64,000 bases of DNA, from assembly GCA_030408475.1 (NCBI GenBank), contig JAUHQG010000010.1, positions 81,752 through 145,751 on the forward strand, read 5' to 3'. Both the position numbers and the translations under genes were made by a program. The notes beneath the pieces are model-generated. The model was not told the origin of the DNA, ran no database searches, and worked only from the letters and a program-made list of their open reading frames with translations. Of the stretch, positions 8,763 through 19,228 are shown piece after piece. Source of the DNA: Candidatus Amphrikana amoebophyrae (GTDB taxonomy: Bacteria > Chlamydiota > Chlamydiia > Chlamydiales > JACRBE01). The stretch's first letter is position 1; every line of letters starts with the position of its first letter.

Positions 8763-10913
8763 TTAATAATTAGCAGGATAAATCTCTAAGTCCTTAATAT
8801 CTATCGCTTTCATTAACTCTTTTACAGCTTTCGCAAATGCTATCTTATCGACATCAATTTCAGAGTTAATCAAAGCCAATACACTCACGATGCGAGAAAG
8901 GCGCTGAATTTCAACATTTCTCTCCCGCACAAGTAGCGCTGGCGCAAAAATCATCCTCAAAATAAGGTCTTTTTCCTCTTCACTCCAATTTAAATCAGTG
9001 TGCATAAGCTTTAAAAAGCCATAAAGACCAAAAGTTGAAGTAGAACCTATATCGACCCCATCTTTACAAGAGTAACTAATATAAGAAGGCTTACACATGA
9101 AAATTATCTTCATCTCTAAAAATTGATAGAAAATCTCAATAAAATCGAGCCTATTTTTTCTAGTCAAAACATTCTTCTTATTGAAAAACAAATCGTGAAT
9201 TTGAACTATCGCATCTTTAGAAAATTGAAGGATTTCTTCCCTGTCTAATGATGGCGGAAAGTAAAATCCACAAGGCTTTCCTTGCTCAATTTGCTCTATT
9301 AAAATGTCCATAAATGATGTAGCATCATTATTCATTAAATATTCTTCAGCTTGGTGATAAAACTGAGTATGTTTAGCCAGTGATACCACTAAAAGGGTCT
9401 CTTTTAATTCGATTTCACTTTGTAATTTTTCAATCGTATCCGATCTCGCATGCCCCTTCCAAGATGTTCTATCTTGCAAATTGAAAATCAAGAGCTGCTT
9501 TTTTTGGTCTCCATCAGACAAATGTCTCATAAACCCCTTAAACTCCTCAACCACTGACGCTTGATTGATTACTTTTTGCCTGGTTGGGGACGGAAGTTTA
9601 ATACAAGTGCAGTCTAACTCACTTGATTTGAACCTAAATAACTTATATGGATAGTTATCATAGTCCATTGGAGAGTAACCATACTTATACTCTTTATCCT
9701 TAAAAATATCGATTGTCTTCATTAAAGGACCATTTGGGTAGTGTTTCAACAAATGGTGAACTGAGTCGTAACAATCTAATATCCAAGTCCAAATAGAAAA
9801 CTGGTGCTTAGGCGAGTCTTTCATCTGACCGCGCTTAAGCATATCACGTATAAACTCAACTGATCCAAGCTGATCACCGCTATGTAAGAAAAAGTTGCCG
9901 CAAAGAGTATGAACTATATGAACGACCTCTTTTTCATACCCACTCTCTTTTTGCTCACCTGTACTATATCTTAAATAGTCTTCATGATTGATCATATGAC
10001 GCAAAAAAACATGGAAGTCTCTAAAGTAACCCAAACAACTCTTTCCACGTCTCTCTTTAATCAAATTCTCTCTATTGGCAGCAGCCATTAACGCCATTAG
10101 TGCTTTGTATATTGTTTGCGTTAAACCATGTTCTTTATGAAGCTTTGCAACCGTAACAAAGTGATCTAACTCCGTCTTTATAGATTCAAGTATTTCATTA
10201 GCAGTTATATAAGCATCTTTATCTTGTACAACTTTCGAATAAATAAGCGGGTCATCACCTACAATTTCAGAAATCATCTCATCAAAATCGGTAACCAATT
10301 TCAAATTTCGTAAAAGTTTATTACTAAAAAAAGTTCGTCCATTTTCCTTTCTGATATAAAAAAGCTCGTATTCCTGGTCTCTTTTAACTTCTTCAATATC
10401 TCTGATTTTTAATGTATAGTTATCGTCAAATTGTTCAAGATCGGGAATGTCATTCATCCATGCTTCTTCTTTCTCAAGCACTTCCTTGAATTTTTCAATC
10501 ACCTGTTTTTGATAAAAACCAGATAAAGACCTATACTCTTCGTATTCAACAGCTTTCTTTTCTTTTGCTCTAGGCTCAAGCACCCGATATAAGTCATCAA
10601 CTCTTGATGCCGCGGCTTTTGTGAGCCCCATAATAGCTCGAATCCCCTTTTGAACTTCGACATCTTTCAATGCTTTGGCATCTTTAGTAATCACATGCTT
10701 CATATAGTCATGCACAACATTGAACGTCTTCTTTATCAACGCTTTAGTATGGTCACGATCTTCAATGTCAAGCCATCTAGCCGTCTCTCTTAACACCTCT
10801 AAAGCAGCTCTTCCCTTAGTCATAACATCGTCTATATCAATGTCTGCCATACTAGTTAAGTTGTCTACAGCCTCTAGTATTGTAAATTCTTCCTTATGAG
10901 CATGTTGTGCCAT
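8763..10913 (-). CDS. large hypothetical protein (716 aa)
   Basis: Long uninterrupted ORF with A/T-biased third positions. GAGG lies 7 nt upstream of the ATG at 10913 (MAQHAH), preferred over the track start at 10925. No family recognised. Confidence 0.7.
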   Translation of the reverse strand: MAQHAHKEEFTILEAVDNLTSMADIDIDDVMTKGRAALEVLRETARWLDIEDRDHTKALIKKTFNVVHDYMKHVITKDAKALKDVEVQKGIRAIMGLTKAAASRVDDLYRVLEPRAKEKKAVEYEEYRSLSGFYQKQVIEKFKEVLEKEEAWMNDIPDLEQFDDNYTLKIRDIEEVKRDQEYELFYIRKENGRTFFSNKLLRNLKLVTDFDEMISEIVGDDPLIYSKVVQDKDAYITANEILESIKTELDHFVTVAKLHKEHGLTQTIYKALMALMAAANRENLIKERRGKSCLGYFRDFHVFLRHMINHEDYLRYSTGEQKESGYEKEVVHIVHTLCGNFFLHSGDQLGSVEFIRDMLKRGQMKDSPKHQFSIWTWILDCYDSVHHLLKHYPNGPLMKTIDIFKDKEYKYGYSPMDYDNYPYKLFRFKSSELDCTCIKLPSPTRQKVINQASVVEEFKGFMRHLSDGDQKKQLLIFNLQDRTSWKGHARSDTIEKLQSEIELKETLLVVSLAKHTQFYHQAEEYLMNNDATSFMDILIEQIEQGKPCGFYFPPSLDREEILQFSKDAIVQIHDLFFNKKNVLTRKNRLDFIEIFYQFLEMKIIFMCKPSYISYSCKDGVDIGSTSTFGLYGFLKLMHTDLNWSEEEKDLILRMIFAPALLVRERNVEIQRLSRIVSVLALINSEIDVDKIAFAKAVKELMKAIDIKDLEIYPANY

Positions 10914-11027
10914 AATAAACCTCATCTCTTATTACCTTATTAATAACAAATTAATGTGATAATTTATATAAATAATTAATATATTTGTTAATATGCAGTT
11001 AAGAGGCAATATAATTGAGGGTATAAT

Positions 11028-11297
11028 ATGCGCTACTTAATGACATGTAGACTTAAGAACAATAAATCTTTTTGGGAACACTTAAATAAAGCAACGCCAC
11101 GCCTTCCTAGTGGATGCAGCATTCTTTATTCCTGGAATTCTTCGGACAAAAAACTAGTATGGATCATGTGGGAGTGTGATTCAATTGCATCGCTAAGGCA
11201 GTATATAGATAGATTCTTGATTTCCTTTGCATCGTTTGATTATCAACAGGTAATTGAAGAGAGTGTCGATATAAACGAGTTTAAAAAAGCAGCGTAA
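11028..11297 (+). CDS. small hypothetical protein, possibly DUF3303-like
   Basis: 89 aa. Overall pattern (K..FWEHL...P.G..ILYSW...D....W.MWECDS...L..YI) is reminiscent of DUF3303. Weak recognition only. Confidence 0.3.
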   Translation: MRYLMTCRLKNNKSFWEHLNKATPRLPSGCSILYSWNSSDKKLVWIMWECDSIASLRQYIDRFLISFASFDYQQVIEESVDINEFKKAA

Positions 11298-11321
11298 AAA
11301 ACGCTTAGCAAAGCGAGAATA

Positions 11322-12167
11322 TTACTGAATAATAATTTCTCGCTTCGCATGATTAAATGCTCCAGGAACAGGCTCATTATTAGGACCTAACAGCTCTAGC
11401 TCAACGCTATGCGATCCCTTGCTTAAGCCATATATTAAGTAAGGGGTCCATTGATATAATTTAGCAACTACTTCACCATTGATGGTCACTTGAACTTTAT
11501 ATAATTCTCTACCCAAAGAACAATTCGAGATATAAAAATCAAGTAAGATAGGATCATTTGCATTTTTCAACTTATACTCGCCATAAGGCTCATTGTAAGT
11601 TAGATAAGGCTTGTTTAAATCTTGTTGAATAGTTGGCTTACGACTACCTTTATAAAAAGTGGTAGCATCAAAATTACGAGGCTTTTTAATAGTTTCTCCA
11701 TATGATAACACTGGATAAACTCTCATTACATGCTCACCTTCAGGTATATCTTTTGGCAACCTAAAATTTAGCGATTTTCTAAACACATCTAAGTTTGCTT
11801 CTTCCGAATCTTCAGCGCCTAAAGTTAGAGTAAAAGGTTGTTGATTATCGATCATCACTCGAACTGTTTGACCATTGGGGTTTTCCCTTAGTGAAGGAAT
11901 AGAAGAGTTGTGAGTACGAACCCCTAAAGGAAACCCTAAAATTCTTACTTGTGATCTTATATTTGATGACTTTTCAAACGCTCTATCCTGAGGAAATACT
12001 ATGCGAATATGCATAGAATTTGGAGCAGGTGTTTGCTTAAGCGGAACAATTTGCAAGGGTAAAGAAGTATTCGAACCAATTAATCTAAAATGATCCTTAA
12101 TTTCAAATTCTTTAGAAAAAGCAACTGTTGATACAAAAAGCAATGCAACACAAATTAAACGCCTCAT
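11322..12167 (-). CDS. exported hypothetical protein
   Basis: 281 aa with a clear signal peptide MRRLICVALLFVSTVAFS. The remainder is beta-rich-looking. No family recognised. Confidence 0.6.
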   Translation of the reverse strand: MRRLICVALLFVSTVAFSKEFEIKDHFRLIGSNTSLPLQIVPLKQTPAPNSMHIRIVFPQDRAFEKSSNIRSQVRILGFPLGVRTHNSSIPSLRENPNGQTVRVMIDNQQPFTLTLGAEDSEEANLDVFRKSLNFRLPKDIPEGEHVMRVYPVLSYGETIKKPRNFDATTFYKGSRKPTIQQDLNKPYLTYNEPYGEYKLKNANDPILLDFYISNCSLGRELYKVQVTINGEVVAKLYQWTPYLIYGLSKGSHSVELELLGPNNEPVPGAFNHAKREIIIQ

Positions 12168-12188
12168 TATGACACCAAAATTAAACTA

Positions 12189-13703
12189 TTAATTACCCTC
12201 TCTATAGTCTTTCAAGTAAACTAAAGTCAACAACAGAGCAATAATTACAATAAACCCAGTACAAATATTAACTGCCGAAAAGGCTGCAAAAGAAGAGGTT
12301 GTAACTAAATTTTTGTATGAAGAAAGAAGTAGAGGATCGATGGTATCTGGCAAATAATGGACAATTTTATGAGCTTGCTTGAAGGTAATGTCTTGAATTT
12401 GCGGTGATTGAGCAATAAGGCGCGAAAAAGTTTCTTCTCTACTGTGAAAGCTAATATAACCTAAAATGACAACACCGAAGGCTGAACCTAAAAATCGCAT
12501 TGTATTATATATACCAGAAGCTAAGCCTCTTTGAGCAGCAGGGATTTTAGCAAGAGCAATGTTACCAACAGGAGTGAAAATAAGAGAGGTACCAATTCCA
12601 AAAGTAAATAGAGCGCAAATGAGAAAAAAGATGGTATGGAAAAGTGAGAAGAGCATCATGAGGAAAACAGAAATAAGAACAAAAAACAAACCTAAGTAGA
12701 TAGGAAGTTGGGCCCCTTTTTTATCCGCCATTAATCCCGATGCAGGGGCAGTGAATAAAACAGGTAGAGTAGAAATAATTAAGTATGTGGCTGTTTCAAC
12801 TGGAGAGTAAAAAAGCCCTTTTTGTAAAAAAATAGACCAAAATATGGGATTAACCATTACCATCCAAGTAAGCAAAGAGACTAATACTCCGATACGAAAA
12901 TGCCTATTTCTGAAGATAGAAAAATCAATAAATGCATTTTCTCTCCCCTTATTACGCAAAATAAGAAGTAGAATAAAAAATAGGCCAATGGCTAGACCAG
13001 TATAAAAATGAGCAGAATTTAAACCCCAAACTCTCGATTGCATCAAAGAAAACACAATAAAAAATATACCTAAAATGATCATAATCAAAGAGATGAAATC
13101 AATTTGTTCATTTTTACGTTTGGGCTCTTTTACTGATATATAAGTTAAGATAATTCCTACTGTTGCAATAGGCAAGAATAAGAAAAACAGTTTGCGCCAA
13201 TCAACAAACTCTACTAAAAATCCCGCTACTAACGGCCCAAGAGTTAAAAAAACTGAGCCAATACCAGCACTGATCCCAATTGCCCTCCCCCTTTCTTTAG
13301 GGGCAAAAGTTTCTATAAGAATAGCAAACCCAATGGGGCCAATTAAAGCAGCTCCCATCCCTTGAATAATACGACAAATTATCATAGGCAAGTAAGATGT
13401 AGAAACTCCAACTGCTACATTAGATAAAGCAAACATAGCAAGACCAAATACAAAAGCTTTACGATAGCCTATAATGTCTGCAACCTTTCCACCTACGATC
13501 ACCAAGGCTGCTGTCGTTAAAAAATAAGCATTTAAAAGCCACTGCACCTGAAAGCTAGTTAAATTCAGAACACTTTGAATGGTGGGCAATGCTAAAGGAA
13601 ATGTAGCAGAATCTAGCAATATCATGGAAAGAGCAGAAGTAGATGCTAACAGCGCTAGCACCTTTATATTGCTTCGTTTCCTGGTGAGTGCAAAAGTATT
13701 CAT
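12189..13703 (-). CDS. MFS transporter, DHA2 (EmrB/QacA-like, 14-TMS) drug/H+ antiporter family
   Basis: About 504 aa of repeated TM segments. Has the MFS motif GGKVADIIGYRKAF and a 14-TM length class. ATG at 13703 (MNTFAL) preferred over the GTG at 13733. Confidence 0.75.
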   Translation of the reverse strand: MNTFALTRKRSNIKVLALLASTSALSMILLDSATFPLALPTIQSVLNLTSFQVQWLLNAYFLTTAALVIVGGKVADIIGYRKAFVFGLAMFALSNVAVGVSTSYLPMIICRIIQGMGAALIGPIGFAILIETFAPKERGRAIGISAGIGSVFLTLGPLVAGFLVEFVDWRKLFFLFLPIATVGIILTYISVKEPKRKNEQIDFISLIMIILGIFFIVFSLMQSRVWGLNSAHFYTGLAIGLFFILLLILRNKGRENAFIDFSIFRNRHFRIGVLVSLLTWMVMVNPIFWSIFLQKGLFYSPVETATYLIISTLPVLFTAPASGLMADKKGAQLPIYLGLFFVLISVFLMMLFSLFHTIFFLICALFTFGIGTSLIFTPVGNIALAKIPAAQRGLASGIYNTMRFLGSAFGVVILGYISFHSREETFSRLIAQSPQIQDITFKQAHKIVHYLPDTIDPLLLSSYKNLVTTSSFAAFSAVNICTGFIVIIALLLTLVYLKDYREGN

Positions 13704-13831
13704 ATCTAAAACTAAAAAAAGTTGAGTTTCCACACTGCCAAATATAATAGATAAAATCTACTAAAATTTTACAACTTGCAAAGAATTTATAAAGAAGTTA
13801 TCGTTTTATCTAAATTTTGAGGAAGATTTAC

Positions 13832-15454
13832 ATGAAATTTTACCTTAGCGTACTTATCTTTTGCCTCTCGTTTTCTTGTGTTTCTTGCAAAAAACAGTTG
13901 CCAACACCTCAAGAAAAGGTGCCCGCTCCAAGAATCTTAAACCTCAATTTCTCAAATGACATTCCAACCTTAGATCCAAGGCGGTGCTCTGACCCTATAT
14001 CTTGCACCATGCTTTTTATGTTATTTGAAGGACTCACAAGCCACTCCCCAGGTTCATCGACAAAGTTAGCCCTCGCTAAACATATTGAGATTTCAAAAGA
14101 CCTCCTAACCTACACATTCACACTAAAAGACGCCTACTGGAGTAACGGGCAACGAATAATAGCTAAAGATTTTGAGCGCTCATGGAAAGATATGCTAACT
14201 CCAGAGTTTCCAGCCCCTAATGCCAATTTACTCTATCCTATTTTGAATGCTGAGCAGGCTAAAAAAGGGGCACTACCCCTTGACCAAGTGGGCATCCATT
14301 GCCCAAATAACCACACTTTAATAGTTCAACTTGAGTCCCCAACACCCTATTTTTTAGAACTGACCTCATTTTGCCCCCTTTTTCCCGCTTACTCACCGAG
14401 AGCAGGGGACCTCCCCTATCACGCCGAACATATTTCAAAAGAATTAATCTCTAGTGGACCCTTTAGAGTGAGTTCTTGTAAAATCAGAGATAAACTCATT
14501 TTAAAACAAAACCCTTACTATTACCAACCTAGTGAAATCAATATTGATCAAATCAATATCTCTTTTGTTCATGAAGAGATGACCGCTCTAGAGCTTTTCA
14601 ATCAAGGCTCAATTGATATCTTAGGGCTATTTTTTTCATCAATTCCTCATGACGCTTTAATTCATTTAAAAAAAACCAATCAAATCCAGTTTAAACCTAT
14701 AGCGGCTACTTCATTTATCTCTTTTAACCTAAGCAGCTTCCCATTCAACAACTCTTATATAAGAAAAGCTGTTCATCATGCTATTAATCGAGACGCTCTC
14801 ATAAAAAATGTGACTGAATTAGACGAAACAGTAGCAACCAGCCTAATCCCTCCCATTTTACTTCCAAAAGAAGAAAAGTACTCTGAAAAAGACTTTCACG
14901 ATGAAGCGCTAGCTAAAGAATATTTCATGAAAGGATTGAAGCAATTAAAAATTTCCGCCTTTGATATCCCCCCCATAACCTTAACAACTGTCAATAGCGA
15001 ACCTGAGAGACAAATTGCCCAAGCAATTCAAGATCAACTTGTCAATTGCCTAGGTCTACAAGTGAAGCTAGAAGAAGTGGACTTCATGCTTTATTTAGAA
15101 AAGGCTTACTCTCGCAACTACCAACTCGTATTATGTAAAGCCATTGCTCAATATAACGACCAAATGGATCTATTATCCCGCTTTGCATGGAAAGGGAATA
15201 CAAAGAATTACCCAGGATGGGAAAATACAAAATACTCTAAAGTTTTAGAAATGGCGATTAAACTACCTAATATCAATGAACGATATCTTCTATATAAAGA
15301 AGCCACTCAAATAATGAATGACGATCTGCCCATTTCACCTCTTTACCACTTCAATATGCCTTACATGGTTCAACCTGGAATTAAAGGGCTTCATATTTCG
15401 CCAATTGGCTCTGTTCACATCAATAGTATCACAACTGGCAATGAGCATGAATAA
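13832..15454 (+). CDS. oppA: ABC peptide-transporter substrate-binding lipoprotein (OppA/family 5), paralogue 1
   Basis: Signal plus Cys lipobox region (LIFCLSFSCVSC). PTLDPRR...FEGLT...WSNG...YPILN core typical of SBP family 5. ATG at 13832 preferred over the TTG at 13817. Confidence 0.75.
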   Translation: MKFYLSVLIFCLSFSCVSCKKQLPTPQEKVPAPRILNLNFSNDIPTLDPRRCSDPISCTMLFMLFEGLTSHSPGSSTKLALAKHIEISKDLLTYTFTLKDAYWSNGQRIIAKDFERSWKDMLTPEFPAPNANLLYPILNAEQAKKGALPLDQVGIHCPNNHTLIVQLESPTPYFLELTSFCPLFPAYSPRAGDLPYHAEHISKELISSGPFRVSSCKIRDKLILKQNPYYYQPSEINIDQINISFVHEEMTALELFNQGSIDILGLFFSSIPHDALIHLKKTNQIQFKPIAATSFISFNLSSFPFNNSYIRKAVHHAINRDALIKNVTELDETVATSLIPPILLPKEEKYSEKDFHDEALAKEYFMKGLKQLKISAFDIPPITLTTVNSEPERQIAQAIQDQLVNCLGLQVKLEEVDFMLYLEKAYSRNYQLVLCKAIAQYNDQMDLLSRFAWKGNTKNYPGWENTKYSKVLEMAIKLPNINERYLLYKEATQIMNDDLPISPLYHFNMPYMVQPGIKGLHISPIGSVHINSITTGNEHE

Positions 15455-17006
15455 ACTTCTCTTTCTTTTACTTACCTTCACTTGCATTGTGGGCTGTAAA
15501 AAAATCGAACACCCAAAAAAAACCACACCCCTTAAGGTTAACTTTCTTTCTGATCCAGCAACTTTAGACCCAAGAAAAGCAGCTGATTTTGTTACTGCTA
15601 CACTTCAGTTTTATATTTGTGAAGGACTAACCAGGTGCATTCCAAGCGCTGTAGCCGCTAATGGTTTAGCAAAAGAGATTAGCATATCTGAAAATCGCCT
15701 TGTCTACACATTTAAACTTCGTAATACTAAATGGAGTGACAACACCCCTTTAACCTCATATGATTTTGCAAAAAGCTGGACCTCAACTCTGGACCCCAAT
15801 TTCTTAGCTCCTAACGCATTTTTACTATACCCCATTCTTAATGCCCAAAAAGCAAAAGAAGGGTTATGCCCACTCTCTGATGTTGGGATTGCTACTCCCG
15901 ATTCTAAAACCCTCATCATCACCCTTCACACACCGACCCCTCCATTTTTAGAGATGATTTCATTTTGTAGTTTATTCCCTATCCAAGCAAACCTTGAGCA
16001 TGATTCGATTGGATCTAATTCAATTGGTCCTTACACCATTAGTGAATACAAACAAGGCAATTATCTCAGATTAAAGAAAAACCCTAATTACTGGGATGCA
16101 AAAAATGTCACACTCCAAGAAATTTACATTACCCTTGTTCAAGATGAAATGACTGCCTACCAAATGTATGAACTAGGTGAACTTGATTTCATCGGAACAC
16201 CATTTTCTTCTATACCCACTGAAATCGCTACTGAACTGCGAAAAACTGAACAATTTCACACCCAAGCTCTTTGTGGAACCACTTTTATTTCTTTTAACCT
16301 CAAACACCCCCCTTTTAGTAATTACAACTTTAGACAAGCTATATTTCACTCTATTGACAAACAAGTACTTGTTCAAAAAGTGACCCAACTAGGTGACTCA
16401 ATTGCTCATGGGATGGTCCCTCCTAAACTGTATGACTCTAAACACCTCTCAGTTGAATACCCAAACCCAAAGTTAGCCAAAATATTCCTAAAATTAGCTC
16501 AAAAAGAACTAGACTACACAATTGAAGATTTTAACAACCTTACTCTCTATTTTACCAACAACGATATACTGAGCAAAGTAGCCCCAATTATACAAAACCA
16601 AATTTTTGAAAATTTGGGCATCCAATTAAAAATACGCCCTTTCAGTCATCCGATTTTAATGCACAATCTCACAACTAAAACATATGATATTGCTATTTGT
16701 TCTTGCTTTGCACAATATTATGACCCTTTAAACATTCTTGAACGCTTTAATCAAGAAAACTCAATGAAAAATTACCCGAGCTTTCACGATGATAATTTCT
16801 CTGCTATTTTAGATAGTTCACATTATATTAAAGACAAAAAACAGCGCAAACTGTCACTGTCAACTGCTGAGCAAATATTAATCGAAAATCGAGCCGTAAT
16901 TCCTCTATACCATCCTAAGTCAACCTACATGTACAAACCAACGGTTTACAATATTCAATCAAACCCAACCGGCGGTATTTATCTTAACCAAGTGGAAAAA
17001 AAATAA
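15447..17006 (+). CDS. oppA: ABC peptide-transporter substrate-binding lipoprotein (OppA/family 5), paralogue 2
   Basis: MNKLLFLLLTFTCIVGC lipobox. Collinear similarity to paralogue 1 (ATLDPRK...CEGLT...WSDN...YPILNAQKAKEG). The start overlaps the upstream stop (ATGAATAA). The track start at 15318 is an in-frame read-through of the upstream gene tail. Confidence 0.75.
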   Translation: MNKLLFLLLTFTCIVGCKKIEHPKKTTPLKVNFLSDPATLDPRKAADFVTATLQFYICEGLTRCIPSAVAANGLAKEISISENRLVYTFKLRNTKWSDNTPLTSYDFAKSWTSTLDPNFLAPNAFLLYPILNAQKAKEGLCPLSDVGIATPDSKTLIITLHTPTPPFLEMISFCSLFPIQANLEHDSIGSNSIGPYTISEYKQGNYLRLKKNPNYWDAKNVTLQEIYITLVQDEMTAYQMYELGELDFIGTPFSSIPTEIATELRKTEQFHTQALCGTTFISFNLKHPPFSNYNFRQAIFHSIDKQVLVQKVTQLGDSIAHGMVPPKLYDSKHLSVEYPNPKLAKIFLKLAQKELDYTIEDFNNLTLYFTNNDILSKVAPIIQNQIFENLGIQLKIRPFSHPILMHNLTTKTYDIAICSCFAQYYDPLNILERFNQENSMKNYPSFHDDNFSAILDSSHYIKDKKQRKLSLSTAEQILIENRAVIPLYHPKSTYMYKPTVYNIQSNPTGGIYLNQVEKK

Positions 17007-17080
17007 CTTGATAAAATCTTTATTGTTTACAAATACAATGTTTATCATTATCTTTACATTTTTAACCCATAATTTAAAGC

Positions 17081-19216
17081 ATGAACGACGAGCTTCTTCA
17101 GATAAAGCTACAGTTTGAAAGCCCTCCTGAAGTTCAGGAAGGCCTAGAGTTTTTTGTTAAGTCTCTTGAATCTTCTCTTCGCTTGATGATCCCTAAGTCA
17201 GTTCTTGAAAAAGCGCCAGACCCCAACGACAAAGATGCAACACGAGCTTTCTTCGGAAAAATCGGAACAGAGCTCCCTCTTATATATACCTCCTTTGGAA
17301 AAACTGCCCCTTATATCATTTCGATGAAGTTCCTCGCTTTTTCTGAACTCACTCATGGTATGGGTCGATTTGTAAGTGATGTAGTCAGCCGATGGCTTGT
17401 TCCTGGAAAGCAACTCCCTTTGTTAAGCGTAAATTCAATGGCCTTTGAATTTGTTCGCTACCCAGGAATTGGCTTTTTTTTTCATGAACTTTTTTTAAAA
17501 GCTGAAAATGAGAACGATTTTAATGCGATTAAAAATAACTTAGATAATTTAATGGATCAAATTAAGCTCAATATTTTATCTGTTACCCATGCTAGAAAAA
17601 TCGTAGCTCAAAAAAACCTGACGCTCGATCAAAAAAAGATGATCATTCAAGAAAACATAGCCTCACTTTTAGGGAAACCCAAGCAAGTTCATGATGAAAC
17701 CATCTTCGACCAATCCCACCAATTTTTAGTCAAAATTTTAGCAGAAAAACAAGTTTCTTCCATTAAAGAACAAATTGCTCCACTTTTAGAACTGCGCCCT
17801 CAAATTTTTGAGCGTGACGTTTTTAATGAACTTCATGAAGGGCTATTACTACTAAAAGAGAGCTTTATCGCCTATAGAGACAGTAAACACCTCACTAGAA
17901 TTATTGCTTATATCTACCTATTTAGAAAAACTGTTGCTAACTCGGCTATATTACACCCCAATCAACGCCACTTAAGCCTAAAAGTTCTTAAAACTAAGAT
18001 CAAAGACAATAACAACATCCATCCTGTTTTAGGACTTGTCATTAGCCTTAATATTTTGCGCGAAAATGAAATTTTTGAAGAACGTCATCTCGCAAAGGCC
18101 ATTAATGCTATACTACCCTTCGCAAGGAAAGTTCAAGACTCTTATTTCGAAAGCAGAAGAGCCGATTCAGTTCGCAATTTCTATATAGAAATAGAAAAAA
18201 TCGACTCCACTCCATTTACTTCGCTTGAAATAGCCATGATTAAACAAAAGCTGCCCACTGAAGTTAAAACTCGAATTGAAACGGTCATTAACCCTATTTT
18301 TATTCAGAAGAATGAAGAAGAAGTAATGCGTAATATTTTAGTTCTAAGCAACCAACTAAAATATGTTCATGATATCCCTCAACTTATTATTTCATTCTTA
18401 AAGCAAACTGATAACTCCCTTTCTTTTATCGTAGTAATGGCCCGCCTATTACGCGGGAATGACCGCCCTCTCAAGTTTCTTCTTTCTAATTGTCCAGAAG
18501 GAATTCGAATCGAAAATCACGAAGTAAGATCAATGGGCCTTTTAAGAAAAAAATACCCTAAAGAAGCTAATGTTTTCGAAGTTCATATAGAAAAACAACG
18601 CTTTTTAAGAGAAGATTTCTCTTTAGACTTGTATGAAGCACGTCGAGTAGTGTATGATAGTTTATCAAGCGTATTAGGTGATATAAGGGATTATAACGGC
18701 GGCATGATTTCAAAACAAAATGAAGCTTTAGGCGAACTAACTAAACTATTATTAGAAGAAGATATTTCAAATAACTTTCTTATAGAAAATTATTTCTACT
18801 CTCTGAAACCTATCTACATGCAATCAGTATTGCCCCCTATTATTCTGAAAAAGCAATTCATGATGCTTATCCAACTCACTGAACACGACTACTCCCAACA
18901 ACCTTATTTCATGCAAATGCAAATTGTTGATAACTATTTCATTTTAATGCTCGGATCCATGAGTCCATCTTTCAAAGACATTATCTTTAATAGCATCGAA
19001 AACTGCGGCATTAACTCAAATGACCTCACCTCCTCACTTCTTAACAACCATGACGTTTTGTGCCTAGGATACCTTTACCAGTTTACTAATCCTAAAGATT
19101 ATGAGACCTTATTAATTTCAGTTACAGAAGGGATTAAAAATTGGCAGAAGTCTATCCAGTCACCACAAAAATTTGACCCCGTAACACTCCATTTAAAGCA
19201 AACTCAACGTCTTTAA
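17081..19216 (+). CDS. large hypothetical protein (711 aa)
   Basis: Long ORF with no TM or signal peptide. No family recognised. Confidence 0.65.
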   Translation: MNDELLQIKLQFESPPEVQEGLEFFVKSLESSLRLMIPKSVLEKAPDPNDKDATRAFFGKIGTELPLIYTSFGKTAPYIISMKFLAFSELTHGMGRFVSDVVSRWLVPGKQLPLLSVNSMAFEFVRYPGIGFFFHELFLKAENENDFNAIKNNLDNLMDQIKLNILSVTHARKIVAQKNLTLDQKKMIIQENIASLLGKPKQVHDETIFDQSHQFLVKILAEKQVSSIKEQIAPLLELRPQIFERDVFNELHEGLLLLKESFIAYRDSKHLTRIIAYIYLFRKTVANSAILHPNQRHLSLKVLKTKIKDNNNIHPVLGLVISLNILRENEIFEERHLAKAINAILPFARKVQDSYFESRRADSVRNFYIEIEKIDSTPFTSLEIAMIKQKLPTEVKTRIETVINPIFIQKNEEEVMRNILVLSNQLKYVHDIPQLIISFLKQTDNSLSFIVVMARLLRGNDRPLKFLLSNCPEGIRIENHEVRSMGLLRKKYPKEANVFEVHIEKQRFLREDFSLDLYEARRVVYDSLSSVLGDIRDYNGGMISKQNEALGELTKLLLEEDISNNFLIENYFYSLKPIYMQSVLPPIILKKQFMMLIQLTEHDYSQQPYFMQMQIVDNYFILMLGSMSPSFKDIIFNSIENCGINSNDLTSSLLNNHDVLCLGYLYQFTNPKDYETLLISVTEGIKNWQKSIQSPQKFDPVTLHLKQTQRL

Positions 19217-19228
19217 CTTGAGGTCGTT

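Noticed and set aside
15318-15446. The ORF-track N-terminal extension of the second oppA (starting inside the first oppA).
   Set aside because: The extension is just the alternative frame of the upstream gene's 3' end. A canonical signal peptide and lipobox begin at the ATG at 15447.
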